IMG/VR virus record: IMGVR_UViG_3300037424_000900
Coordinates: 1-62,933 of that record
DNA from: a virus
Taxonomy: Duplodnaviria > Caudoviricetes
Strand: one strand, 5' to 3'
DNA length: 62,933 nucleotides
In this document: piece after piece, positions 38,118 to 47,364 of the stretch
Numbering within the stretch: the stretch's first letter is position 1
Layout of the letters: every line of letters starts with the position of its first letter
Notes under the pieces: generated by a model
Seen by the model: the letters and a program-made list of their open reading frames with translations, nothing else
Told to the model about the DNA's origin: nothing
Database searches by the model: none
Translations under genes and position numbers: made by a program

Positions 38118-39173
38118 ATGGAAAAATTATTAAAAAATAGTCTAAGTGTTAGAGGGGATTCAGTTTATTGTCCCCTCTGTTTTAGTTTAGACAGCTATGG
38201 TAATTGTTTGACAGATTGTCACCACTGCTATCTAAGGAATCTCAACCACGTTTGGGGAAAAGACTTAAAACCTGCTGATACAGATTTACTAGAGAAAAAA
38301 TTGCGGATAGGAATAGCGAACAAAAACCCAAAATCAACCATTTCTTTTTGCCTTAGTAACAAAAAAACTATAAGATGGGGGAATAAGACAGACCCTTTTC
38401 AGAACGCTGAAATAAAACACCGAATTGCCCCAAAGATATTTTCATTGTTTTATGAATATGATTGGTCTTTTGTTATCCAGACGAAACATACAGAAACAAT
38501 GATGCGTTATGAGAAATATATTATGAGTTGTAATAAAAAACAGTTAGTAACAATAATGCCTGAAATCTCTCCTGGCCTTGAACAAGATTGGGAAGTATTT
38601 GAAATGAAAAGAACAACAAATCCAATACAACGATTGGAACACGTAAAATACTTACAATCTAATGGAGTAAATATTGGAGTAAATGGTGAACCTTTTATTC
38701 CCGGTTATCATACAGAGAAAGACTTTGAGACTGCTTTGAAATTGTTAAAGCAATATAATATACAATCATACAATACTTATAATTTTCATTTTAATGCATT
38801 CGTCGCTAAACGTCTTCATTCAATTGGTATTGATATTGAAAAGATATGGTTTTACAATCAAGACAATGAATGGAAGAAGATACTTGTTAAATTGCTTGAT
38901 TTATCCAAAAAATATAATATTCGATTAGGTTGTCCAGACTTCGTTAATACTGGCCCAAATTGGGTAGAAAAAGCAAATACATGTTGTGGAATAAACGTTC
39001 CAAATCCTTGCACATTTAATTCCCATCGTTTTAAACAGTTAAAACAAAAAGGGTATTCAGATGAAGATATATTAAAAGAAACTTGGGATGGTTCTGCTGA
39101 TTATTTAATGGGTAAAGCGGTGTTACAAGGAACTACTAAAAAATTTTATACACTTAAAGATTCTGGATTATGA
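38118..39173 (+). CDS. Radical SAM enzyme 1 (spore-photoproduct-lyase-like family)
   Basis: CLTDCHHC (CX3CX2C), GNKTDPFQ, IQTK, EPFIPG, C-terminal CPD...TCCG; start moved to ATG 38118, past the terminator. Confidence 0.85.
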   Translation: MEKLLKNSLSVRGDSVYCPLCFSLDSYGNCLTDCHHCYLRNLNHVWGKDLKPADTDLLEKKLRIGIANKNPKSTISFCLSNKKTIRWGNKTDPFQNAEIKHRIAPKIFSLFYEYDWSFVIQTKHTETMMRYEKYIMSCNKKQLVTIMPEISPGLEQDWEVFEMKRTTNPIQRLEHVKYLQSNGVNIGVNGEPFIPGYHTEKDFETALKLLKQYNIQSYNTYNFHFNAFVAKRLHSIGIDIEKIWFYNQDNEWKKILVKLLDLSKKYNIRLGCPDFVNTGPNWVEKANTCCGINVPNPCTFNSHRFKQLKQKGYSDEDILKETWDGSADYLMGKAVLQGTTKKFYTLKDSGL

Positions 39174-39991
39174 CAACCCCTATTGAAAAATATGATGGTA
39201 TTTATGTTAAACGAGAAGATTTGTGTTTTAAACCACCTGCTCCTCCATTTTCCAAATGTCGTGGAATAATAGAACATTTAAAAGAATTAAAATCTCAGGG
39301 AATAACAACTGTGGGATATGTTGAAACTTCCGTATCCATGGCCGGGTGGGGCTTAGCATGGGTTTGTGAGCAATTAGATATGACTGTTGTTATATTTGAT
39401 CCACAATATAAAGAAACTCCTGAAACTTTAAAATACCATAGAGAACAATGGAGAACCCATAAATCACATGTTATCATAGAGCCTATTAAAGCAGGAATGG
39501 CTAAGGTTAATTGGTATATATGTAAGAAAATATTAGAAAAATATTCGAATTCCATATTATTACCATTAGGATTGCCATTTGAAGAGACAATTAGTCAAAC
39601 GGCTTTGGAATTAACAAATATAGATATTAATCGTTATAAATTTAAATCTATTGTGGTTTGTGTGGGTAGTGGAACTATATGTGCTGGTATATTAAAAGGA
39701 GTAGATAAAAGACAATATTCAATCGATATTTATGGAGTAATGACAAGAAAAGGAGACAAGGATGCAAAACGTTCAAAAATAATAGATAAAGCAGGAATAT
39801 TTGGGTATGGTTTATTTAAAAACAATTGGGAATTATCTATTTTTGATGAAGGTTGGGAATATGCTCAAAAGTCTAATATACCAGTACCATTTCCTTGTCA
39901 TACTTATTATGATGCTAAAGCATGGGAGTTTCTTATGAAACATAGAAAACGAATTCCAGAACCCATTTTATTTTGGAATATCGGACATTAA
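39170..39991 (+). CDS. PLP-dependent fold-type II enzyme (D-cysteine desulfhydrase/ACC deaminase-like)
   Basis: YVKREDL...SKCRG (PLP lysine), VCVGSGTICAG, YDAKAW, LFWNIG. Confidence 0.85.
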   Translation: MTTPIEKYDGIYVKREDLCFKPPAPPFSKCRGIIEHLKELKSQGITTVGYVETSVSMAGWGLAWVCEQLDMTVVIFDPQYKETPETLKYHREQWRTHKSHVIIEPIKAGMAKVNWYICKKILEKYSNSILLPLGLPFEETISQTALELTNIDINRYKFKSIVVCVGSGTICAGILKGVDKRQYSIDIYGVMTRKGDKDAKRSKIIDKAGIFGYGLFKNNWELSIFDEGWEYAQKSNIPVPFPCHTYYDAKAWEFLMKHRKRIPEPILFWNIGH

Positions 39992-39998
39992 AAATATG

Positions 39999-40010
39999 AA
40001 TTGTATAATA
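39999..40010 (+). promoter_or_regulatory. AATTGTATAATA motif
   Basis: Intergenic, 16 nt before radical SAM 2. Confidence 0.6.
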
Positions 40011-40026
40011 TATTTAAACACAAAGT

Positions 40027-41442
40027 ATGAATAAACTCACATATTGGGATGTAAGAAAAGCAGTAATCAGGATTATACCAAGAATGACCCAATTAAGTCA
40101 TTCTAAACGCAAAGCAGAAGCTGTTCAGGAGAAAGGGCGTAAAAAGAATTACAGCCAATTCAACTTACGTCATAAAGAATGGCGTAAACAGGAACGGTTA
40201 CTAAACACTGAAGAAATTAACTCTTTTTTAGAAATATCCATACGGGCTGCAGCTTGTCCAATGCCTTTTAATATGGATATTTGGGATGGTTTAATTTGTC
40301 CATATGCTTGTGTATATTGTTATGCTAATGCTTTTAGAGCTTCATTATATACAGCATTCTTTGATAATAGTAAGACCATGGGATTTAGGCATTGTAATCC
40401 TACCTATTACAAGCAAGAGATGGATAAAATGGAGAAATTCAGAGTTATGTCATTTAAAGAAAAACAAAATTTACAAGGTATTAACAAAGCATTTGCATTA
40501 GGCATTCCCGTTCGTATGGGTATTCGTTTTGAAGATTTCTTACGTAATGAAGGAAAAGAAGGGGTCAGCCTAGAAATGTTAAAGTATTTGAAAGAAATAG
40601 AATATCCAGTTATGATTAATAGTAAATCAGCATTGGCTGGAAATGAAGAATATGTACGAGCCTTAGCAGATAATCCAGCAGGGGGAGCAATTCACATTAC
40701 TGCAATAACATCTAATGAAGAAATAACAAAAGCATTGGAACCTGGGGCACCAGCATATGCAGAACGGTTAAGAGCCATTAAAATATTAGTTGATTCCGGG
40801 GTTCGTGTAGTAGCCAGAATTGAACCATATTTATTCCTTGTTAATGATAATCCAGACGAGATTAAACAATATATGGAAGATATGTGGGGGGCAGGAGTAA
40901 GAAATATTACATTTGATACATATTCATACACTGCTCAAAATCCCGGTATTAGACAAAGTTTTATAAACAAGGGTTATGACTTTGACCGTATATTTCTTGC
41001 AGGATGTGATAGTCAGCCATTAGGTTCTTTACTACTTGGTAAATTTATGGAACTATTTCGTGAATATGGTTTTTCATGTTCAACATTCGATATGGGAAAT
41101 GCCCCAACAAATGATCAAGCTATCTGTTGTGAGGTTGGGGATTGGTTTACCGGGGAATTTAATTATGGGTGTACCGTAATGGCAGCCCGGTTTATATTTA
41201 ATAACAAAGGAACCAAAGTATCATGGAAAGAATTTGAGAAGTGGGTGGATTCTCATGGAGGATTCTTGACAGATGTTTTAAAACAAGAAGTTAAAGAGCT
41301 TTGGAACCTTGGAGGGAATCTAGCATATAGTCATCGTTGGGCTGCTGGTTTAACTCCTTGTGGACGGGATGAAGATGGAATACTTTGGATTTATGAAGAC
41401 AAGCAAGATTATAGAATTAACATATTAAATGAATTATTATGA
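40027..41442 (+). CDS. Radical SAM enzyme 2 (SPL-like family)
   Basis: CPYACVYC, INSKS, LEPGAP...RL, VARIEP, C-terminal AICCE. Confidence 0.87.
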   Translation: MNKLTYWDVRKAVIRIIPRMTQLSHSKRKAEAVQEKGRKKNYSQFNLRHKEWRKQERLLNTEEINSFLEISIRAAACPMPFNMDIWDGLICPYACVYCYANAFRASLYTAFFDNSKTMGFRHCNPTYYKQEMDKMEKFRVMSFKEKQNLQGINKAFALGIPVRMGIRFEDFLRNEGKEGVSLEMLKYLKEIEYPVMINSKSALAGNEEYVRALADNPAGGAIHITAITSNEEITKALEPGAPAYAERLRAIKILVDSGVRVVARIEPYLFLVNDNPDEIKQYMEDMWGAGVRNITFDTYSYTAQNPGIRQSFINKGYDFDRIFLAGCDSQPLGSLLLGKFMELFREYGFSCSTFDMGNAPTNDQAICCEVGDWFTGEFNYGCTVMAARFIFNNKGTKVSWKEFEKWVDSHGGFLTDVLKQEVKELWNLGGNLAYSHRWAAGLTPCGRDEDGILWIYEDKQDYRINILNELL

Positions 41443-42203
41443 AAATATCCAACTTAGTAGAACAAATTTTTGCTACAGCAGTAGCATTAGACCAATCAGG
41501 TGGTCTACGTAATACCATATATGCTTTGAATAATGAAGTATATATAATGAATTATGACCATACAGTATTACTCCGCTTTAGATTGCGACGCAGTGAAGGA
41601 TTCTTTGATCATCCAATTTCTTTTAAGGCTAATGATTACGACAGTAATGAGTTTGAAGAAAAAGACGGGAGAATTGTATTTTATAGTGGTAATGATGGCT
41701 ATAAAAAGAAGAAAGTTTGTGGAACAACCGATTTAACCCCGGAACAAGTAAAGGAGTTATTTTCTGAGTATATTCAAGAAGATTCCCAAGCTCAATCTTA
41801 TCTTTTATCCAAAGACATTCTTGAATTAATGGATGACTCTCTAAGTCATGTGGAATTTATTGGGGATAAAAAGAATCCATTAAAAATGATTCAACGTAAC
41901 ATATACAGCGGTGGAATAATAGAGATTGAAAAAAAGTCAGATGGTTTCTTTAAGGAAACTTTAATCAATGATTTTGGTCCAGTAGCTATTAAGACACAGG
42001 ATTTTCAAGCATTGTTTCAATTTCAGAATCAATTGAAGTTTTCTTTTCCAACGAACGGACAAGAAGACTTGATAGTAATTCGAAGTGTAAACAATGATAA
42101 ACGAGATATGGCAGGAATAATAGCCTGTTGTCTTTATGATGAAATAATTAAAATTAAGGAGGTTGAACATGGGGGGCAAAAGCAGAAAGTCAGGAGGGGT
42201 TAG
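41439..42203 (+). CDS. Unknown protein, possibly a degenerate sliding-clamp fold
   Basis: 254 aa; IMNYDHTVLLRFRL is reminiscent of the PCNA AMDxSHVxLVxL strand; weak resemblance. Confidence 0.4.
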   Translation: MKISNLVEQIFATAVALDQSGGLRNTIYALNNEVYIMNYDHTVLLRFRLRRSEGFFDHPISFKANDYDSNEFEEKDGRIVFYSGNDGYKKKKVCGTTDLTPEQVKELFSEYIQEDSQAQSYLLSKDILELMDDSLSHVEFIGDKKNPLKMIQRNIYSGGIIEIEKKSDGFFKETLINDFGPVAIKTQDFQALFQFQNQLKFSFPTNGQEDLIVIRSVNNDKRDMAGIIACCLYDEIIKIKEVEHGGQKQKVRRG

Positions 42204-42321
42204 CAAGAAGCTAATTGCTCAAATTAAGTCAGGACAATTAAACACTAAAACATCATCCTGTGGTAAAAAGAACACAACAGAGGAACTCAAAAAAGATGGA
42301 TTTAAGCCTTTATTTGATTAG
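42169..42321 (+). CDS. 50-aa basic Gly/Ser/Lys peptide MGGKSRKSGGVSKK...GFKPLFD
   Basis: AAGGAGG 6 nt before ATG 42169; bridges the two flanking genes; below track cutoff. Confidence 0.6.
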   Translation: MGGKSRKSGGVSKKLIAQIKSGQLNTKTSSCGKKNTTEELKKDGFKPLFD

Positions 42322-43084
42322 GGCTTATGAATTACAAGTAGTTCCTAATTTCTTCATGTCTTTACCATCTTTAGAATTATATGATGTAAAGGTAAAATTG
42401 GACAATGATTGGGTATGGTTGGAAGAAAATCATAAATGTATTCTTCCACCTTTACCAATTAAATCTGGATTTACAATGGATACATATCCAAAGATTGATT
42501 CTGTTTGGGCATGTTTCGAAAAGGGGAATTGGAGAATGCCTACAAATCACCAACAAACCTTTTTGGATTACCAATACATATTTGATATGAATAATTTCCA
42601 AGACCTGAGTGGAGGAAAATGGGAATCTTTCAGAAAGAATATAAGAAAATGGCCAAAAAATAATTCCGGGTATTCATACAGTCGAATCAAACCAAGTGCA
42701 AAGAAAGCTGGAAAATTAATTGGATGTTGGTTAGAAGATCATGAAAAGGATGTTCAAGATGCTGTTCATTTAAGTGAATTTGTTTATTTTTATAACAATT
42801 CACAAATACATCGAAAATTTTTGTACAATAAATATAATGAATTAGTGGGTATTAATGCTTGGGATGAGAACTATTTTTATATTAATTATCGATATTGTAT
42901 TATCAAAGACATCCCATATTTAGATGAATTTATGCGTTGGTTATTCTATACTGATGATGATGTTTTTAAATGTGATAAATTAATCAATGATGGAGGCTGT
43001 TTAGATAGCCCCGGACTTGAAAAATTCAAAGATAAATTAAACCCAATACGCAAAGTGCCTATTTATACATGGACTAAAATTTAA
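42296..43084 (+). CDS. DUF2156 / MprF-C-like (Fem/GNAT fold) aminoacyl-tRNA-dependent transferase
   Basis: DYQYIF...DLSGGKWESFRKNIRKW and INDGG.LDSPGLEKFKDKLNP match the DUF2156 pattern (L.G.K....RN.IN; IN...DLG..GL...K....P); no TM domain. Confidence 0.7.
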   Translation: MDLSLYLIRAYELQVVPNFFMSLPSLELYDVKVKLDNDWVWLEENHKCILPPLPIKSGFTMDTYPKIDSVWACFEKGNWRMPTNHQQTFLDYQYIFDMNNFQDLSGGKWESFRKNIRKWPKNNSGYSYSRIKPSAKKAGKLIGCWLEDHEKDVQDAVHLSEFVYFYNNSQIHRKFLYNKYNELVGINAWDENYFYINYRYCIIKDIPYLDEFMRWLFYTDDDVFKCDKLINDGGCLDSPGLEKFKDKLNPIRKVPIYTWTKI

Positions 43085-43088
43085 TATT

Positions 43089-44093
43089 ATGAAAATAAAT
43101 CGTAAAGAACTACAAACAGCCTTGGAAATAGTTAAACCGGGATTGGCTAACCGAGAAGTAATTGAACAAGCAAATTCATTTGCTTTTATGGATGATCGTT
43201 TGGTCACTTACAATGATGAAATTAGTATATCTCACCCAATATCTGGATTAGAGATAACTGGAGCAGTAAAAGCAGATGAGCTTTACAAATTCATAAACAA
43301 GGTAAAAAAAGACGAATTGGAGTTTGAATTAACTGATAATGAAATAGTATTAATATCAGGGCGTTCGAAAGCTGGATTTGCTATTCAATCTGAAATAAAA
43401 TTACCTATAAAGGACATTGGAAACATTGGTAAATGGAAAGCTTTGCCTGATGATTTTATGAGTAAAATATCATTTGTGTCTTCTTCAGCTGGAAAGACTA
43501 TGAGCAAACCAATACTTGCTTGTGTACATGTTAATAAGGAAGGTTTTGTTGAAGCGTCGGATGGTTTTAGAATTACAAAGAATATGTTAAGTGATACAAT
43601 GCCAGTTAAAACATTTCTAATTCCTGCCACTTCAGTATCTCAAATAATTCGTCTAAAACCAACTAAAATAGCAGAGGGACAAGGCTGGATACACTTTAAA
43701 ACATAATCTGAAACTACAATATCCTGTAGAATATTTGAAGATGACAAGTTTCCCGAAACATCTAATTTCTTTAAAGTAGATGGGGATTGTGTTGAATTCC
43801 CAAATACATTATTGGATATTATAGACAGGGCATTAATCTTTAGTAATACAGATTTAGTTGATATTTTGATAAAGAACAAAAGATTTAAAGTATCTAGTAA
43901 AAATGATACTGGCTGGTTTGAAGAAGAAGCAAACAGCAAATATGATGGAAATGAGATTCAATTTACAATGAATCCTAATTTACTGAAGGACATTTTATCA
44001 GTAACTAAAAATGCAATTATAGGGGATGATAAATTGAAATTTGAGGGAGAAGATTGGGTATTTGTAACAGTACTTCAAAACAAACAACAATGA
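43089..44093 (+). pseudogene. dnaN: DNA polymerase III beta sliding clamp with one in-frame TAA at 43704-43706
   Basis: Track ORFs 43089-43706 and 43812-44093 share a frame; the read-through is HFKT*SETTISCRIFEDDKFP; LACVHV...EASDGFRI and MNPNLLKDIL are clamp motifs. Confidence 0.8.
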
Positions 44094-44254
44094 GAAAAAA
44101 TGGGTTTTATTGGGTTAAATACAATTCTAATTGGATAGTTGCCGAATGGGATGATGATAGTTGGGCTTTACCTGGTGCAATTTTTTCTCCTGATTTAAAG
44201 GATAGTAATTTTGAGTTAATAATCGAATTACCTTTAACACCTCTAGTAAAATGA
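44090..44254 (+). CDS. Small hypothetical protein
   Basis: MRKNGFYWVK..W.VAEW; ATGA overlaps on both sides. Confidence 0.6.
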   Translation: MRKNGFYWVKYNSNWIVAEWDDDSWALPGAIFSPDLKDSNFELIIELPLTPLVK

Positions 44255-45501
44255 CAGGATTTTTTTCAAATAAACAAGTAGAAAGTATTACCCGTCCAAA
44301 CGGTAAGGTGTATTCATGCTCATCTTGCGGGCTTCATTTACACGTTAACACTCCAAGAATGAAACCATATGGTAATTTTTCGAAAGGAATTATAATTGTT
44401 GGAGAAGCACCGGGGGAAATAGAAGATTCAAAAGGAAAGCCATGGCAAGGCAAAACGGGGCGTTTACTTCAACATACTCTACGTGACTTTGGAATTGATT
44501 TATTTGAAGATTGTTTGAGTATACATGCTTGTCATTGTAAACCTATGGATGAAAAAGGGAATAATAGAAACCCATCCAATTTTGAAATTGAATCCTGTCG
44601 TAAAACTACACTATCTTATATTAAACAATACAAACCAAAAATAGTAATATTGCTTGGAAATGCTGCTATTTATAGCATTATAGGACATCGTTGGAAGAAA
44701 GACTTGGGAAATATTTCTAAATGGAGAGGGTGGACAATTCCCGATCGTGATTTTAATTGTTGGGTTTGTCCCACTTTTCATCCAAGTTATATAGAACGGT
44801 CTGAAGATGATGTAGCAAAAATTGTTTGGAAGAAAGATTTAGAATTAATATTATCTTTATTAAACAAGCCTTTCCCAGAGTATAAAGAACCCATTATTGA
44901 TATAATTACTGATTTATCTGTTTTATATGACAAGAAAATGGGAACAAATAAGATATTTGCTGCCCCCCATATAGCAATAGATTACGAAACTACTGGTATT
45001 AAACCCCATTCGATTGGACATCGTATTGTTTGTGTATCAATAGCTGATAATGAAGACCATGCATATGTATTTATGTTACCTACTACAAGAATGGAAAGAA
45101 AGCCTTTTGTTGATTTATTAGCAAATAAAGATATTTTCAAAATGGCCCATAATATGAAATTTGAGGAAACTTGGTCTGTTGTTAGATTACAACAATCTGT
45201 TATAAGTTGGGCATGGGATTCTATGCAAGCTGCTCATATATTAGACAATAGAAGATACATAACAGGCTTAAAATTTCAAGTATATGTTAATTTTGGAATT
45301 GTCGATTATGACAGTGATATTTCTCCTTATTTGAAATCAAAGGATGAAGAAGCCAACAGTTTAAATCGAATTCATGAATTAATAAATATACCCGGTGGAA
45401 AAGAAAAACTAATGCATTACTGTGGATTAGATTCTGTTTTTACTTATCGATTAGCAATGATACAAAAACCATTAATAATTAATAACTATGAAAGGAATTA
45501 A
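44251..45501 (+). CDS. Family-4 uracil-DNA glycosylase fused to 3'-5' exonuclease (N-terminal part of an SPO1-type DNA polymerase)
   Basis: CSSCGL, VGEAPG..ED..G.PWQG..G, TFHPSY; exonuclease AIDYETTG, AHNMKFE, DSM, YCGLD. Confidence 0.9.
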   Translation: MTGFFSNKQVESITRPNGKVYSCSSCGLHLHVNTPRMKPYGNFSKGIIIVGEAPGEIEDSKGKPWQGKTGRLLQHTLRDFGIDLFEDCLSIHACHCKPMDEKGNNRNPSNFEIESCRKTTLSYIKQYKPKIVILLGNAAIYSIIGHRWKKDLGNISKWRGWTIPDRDFNCWVCPTFHPSYIERSEDDVAKIVWKKDLELILSLLNKPFPEYKEPIIDIITDLSVLYDKKMGTNKIFAAPHIAIDYETTGIKPHSIGHRIVCVSIADNEDHAYVFMLPTTRMERKPFVDLLANKDIFKMAHNMKFEETWSVVRLQQSVISWAWDSMQAAHILDNRRYITGLKFQVYVNFGIVDYDSDISPYLKSKDEEANSLNRIHELINIPGGKEKLMHYCGLDSVFTYRLAMIQKPLIINNYERN

Positions 45502-45853
45502 GAATTATTTACATTATACCATGTTAATAGAGGATGATCATTCAAAATGGAAAGAAACTATATCTGAAGTAGTTGAGGATATGACAGAACTACAACATGC
45601 TAAATTATTAATAAATAAATTTAATAATAGTTTAAAACTAGGTGAACTTCCGAGAAGGTTAAAATTATTACGTGTTCACAAAGAAGTAGGTAAATTTAGA
45701 CATGATTGGATTAAGAAAAGTCTTGTTACGGAAAAGGGAGGATATGACATTTATATATGCTCTAATTGTAAAGCTACTGGAAAAAGACATGGTTTATCAT
45801 CTACAATAGTGCCTGATATGGAATATGAACAATTTTGTAAAACTAAATTATAA
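45488..45853 (+). CDS. Hypothetical protein with His/Cys zinc motif
   Basis: HDWIKKSLVT...YD...CSNCKATGKR. Confidence 0.65.
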   Translation: MKGIKNYLHYTMLIEDDHSKWKETISEVVEDMTELQHAKLLINKFNNSLKLGELPRRLKLLRVHKEVGKFRHDWIKKSLVTEKGGYDIYICSNCKATGKRHGLSSTIVPDMEYEQFCKTKL

Positions 45854-45979
45854 AGCTATGACAGAAATTGAACAATTAACAATTGCAGCAGCTTGTATAG
45901 GTGCTAAAATTGATCGACGATTAAGATTAAATGATCCAGAATTATTGTAACGCTTAAATATTAACGAAAACTTAAAGTT

Positions 45980-47170
45980 ATGAAGAGACTGATGTTAATT
46001 GTGTTATTAGCTGCTTTGTACTTAATAAAGTTACAAGCTCCAATTGATGTAATAACACCAGAGAATAATTACAGGAAAACTGTAAATAATGTTTACGAGA
46101 ATTTGGAATTATATACATTTTTAGATTCATTAGCAATTCCAGAATCAGGAAACATCGATCATTATCCAATAATATATAAAGGTAAGAAGGTGGAAAGTCC
46201 TTATCATATTGTTAATGGGATTGGGGCAGCTGGTAGATGGCAAATGATGCCTTGTGCTAGAAGAGATGTAGGGTATAAAGGAACATTAAAAGAATTCCTT
46301 TCCTCTCCAGATATTCAAAGGAAATGTATTATAAAATTCATGAAGAAGAATAAAAAATATATGGATTATTACATTCCAAATTACAGGGATTACATAGGAA
46401 AGGAAATAATCACCCATAGAAAAGTTTTTACAAAAAGAATTATCCAAGGAAAGGATACGATTTATAAAAAATGTATAATTCGGGCAGATACTGCTGTTAT
46501 CACTTTTTCTGGATTGATTGGAACTATGCATTTAACAGGGGTGGGGGGTTTAAAAAGATTATTGTATAATAAAATTAACTCTACAGATGGGAATGCTACT
46601 GCAATGCAATACATGAAAAGGTTTAAAGATTTTAAAATTAGTAATATGTTAAATTCGGAAGATATAGAAAAGAGAGTATTAATGGTGTATGAAGAAAATG
46701 ATATTAATGAAGAAATAACTCACAAAAATCTTTGTTTAATAGCTGCAAAATATTTAAAAAATCAAGGAATACATCCATTTCATAGATGTAAATATGTTGT
46801 TTGTGAATTAGAGCGGGAGGGAGAAAGCCCCGATGCTTTTGGATGGGGGGGAACATCTACTCAGCTGATTGAAGTCAAAATTTCTCGGTCAGATTTTTTG
46901 TCTGATAAAAATAAAAGGTGGAGAAAATTACCAGAAATAGGACTTGCTGCCTGGCGTAGTTATTTATGCCCTAAAAACATTATAAAACCTAAAGATTTGC
47001 CGAATAATTGGGGTTTATTATATTTTGATAAAGGAAAAGTTGAAATTATAAAAAGTCCATCTTATCAAGATCATAATAAATCAGAAGAACTTCATTTGGT
47101 AACCAATATAATGAGAAGAGAAGGCATAAAATCTCAAATATTTAGTTACAAACAATACAAAGTTGTATGA
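45980..47170 (+). CDS. Lysozyme-like domain (signal peptide) in frame with an MmcB-like PD-(D/E)xK nuclease domain
   Basis: N-terminal hydrophobic leader, IPESGN, GAAGRWQM, HLTGVGG; C-terminal CE...ESPDAFG...LIEVKISRSDFLSD...LP..WGLL. Confidence 0.65.
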   Translation: MKRLMLIVLLAALYLIKLQAPIDVITPENNYRKTVNNVYENLELYTFLDSLAIPESGNIDHYPIIYKGKKVESPYHIVNGIGAAGRWQMMPCARRDVGYKGTLKEFLSSPDIQRKCIIKFMKKNKKYMDYYIPNYRDYIGKEIITHRKVFTKRIIQGKDTIYKKCIIRADTAVITFSGLIGTMHLTGVGGLKRLLYNKINSTDGNATAMQYMKRFKDFKISNMLNSEDIEKRVLMVYEENDINEEITHKNLCLIAAKYLKNQGIHPFHRCKYVVCELEREGESPDAFGWGGTSTQLIEVKISRSDFLSDKNKRWRKLPEIGLAAWRSYLCPKNIIKPKDLPNNWGLLYFDKGKVEIIKSPSYQDHNKSEELHLVTNIMRREGIKSQIFSYKQYKVV

Positions 47171-47364
47171 AAAAATTATATACCATAGTTAAATTAATAA
47201 AATTTCCAGGCAGAAATCCCATCCAATATGGAATGGAAGAAACAAGTTTTGGTTGGTTCTTTGATTTACCTACAGCAGAAAAGACATTAGAAGATCATTT
47301 TACCAATAATAATGACGAAAAATCATACGCTATAATATCAATTTATTGCAAAGGCAGAAAATGA
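47167..47364 (+). CDS. Hypothetical protein
   Basis: 65 aa, ATGA-coupled. Confidence 0.5.
   Translation: MKKLYTIVKLIKFPGRNPIQYGMEETSFGWFFDLPTAEKTLEDHFTNNNDEKSYAIISIYCKGRK

Noticed and set aside
38118-41442. QueE/7-deazaguanine pathway or anaerobic RNR activase
   Set aside because: No folE, queC, queD, dpdA or nrdD; both radical SAM proteins have SPL-like size and motifs.
43704-43706. Genome-wide stop-codon reassignment
   Set aside because: Only one gene is interrupted; TAA, TGA and TAG all end intact genes elsewhere and coding density is high under code 11.
45502-47360. Group I intron or intein splitting the polymerase
   Set aside because: The gap is filled with ordinary coupled ORFs; no intron core, homing-nuclease context or intein termini recognised.
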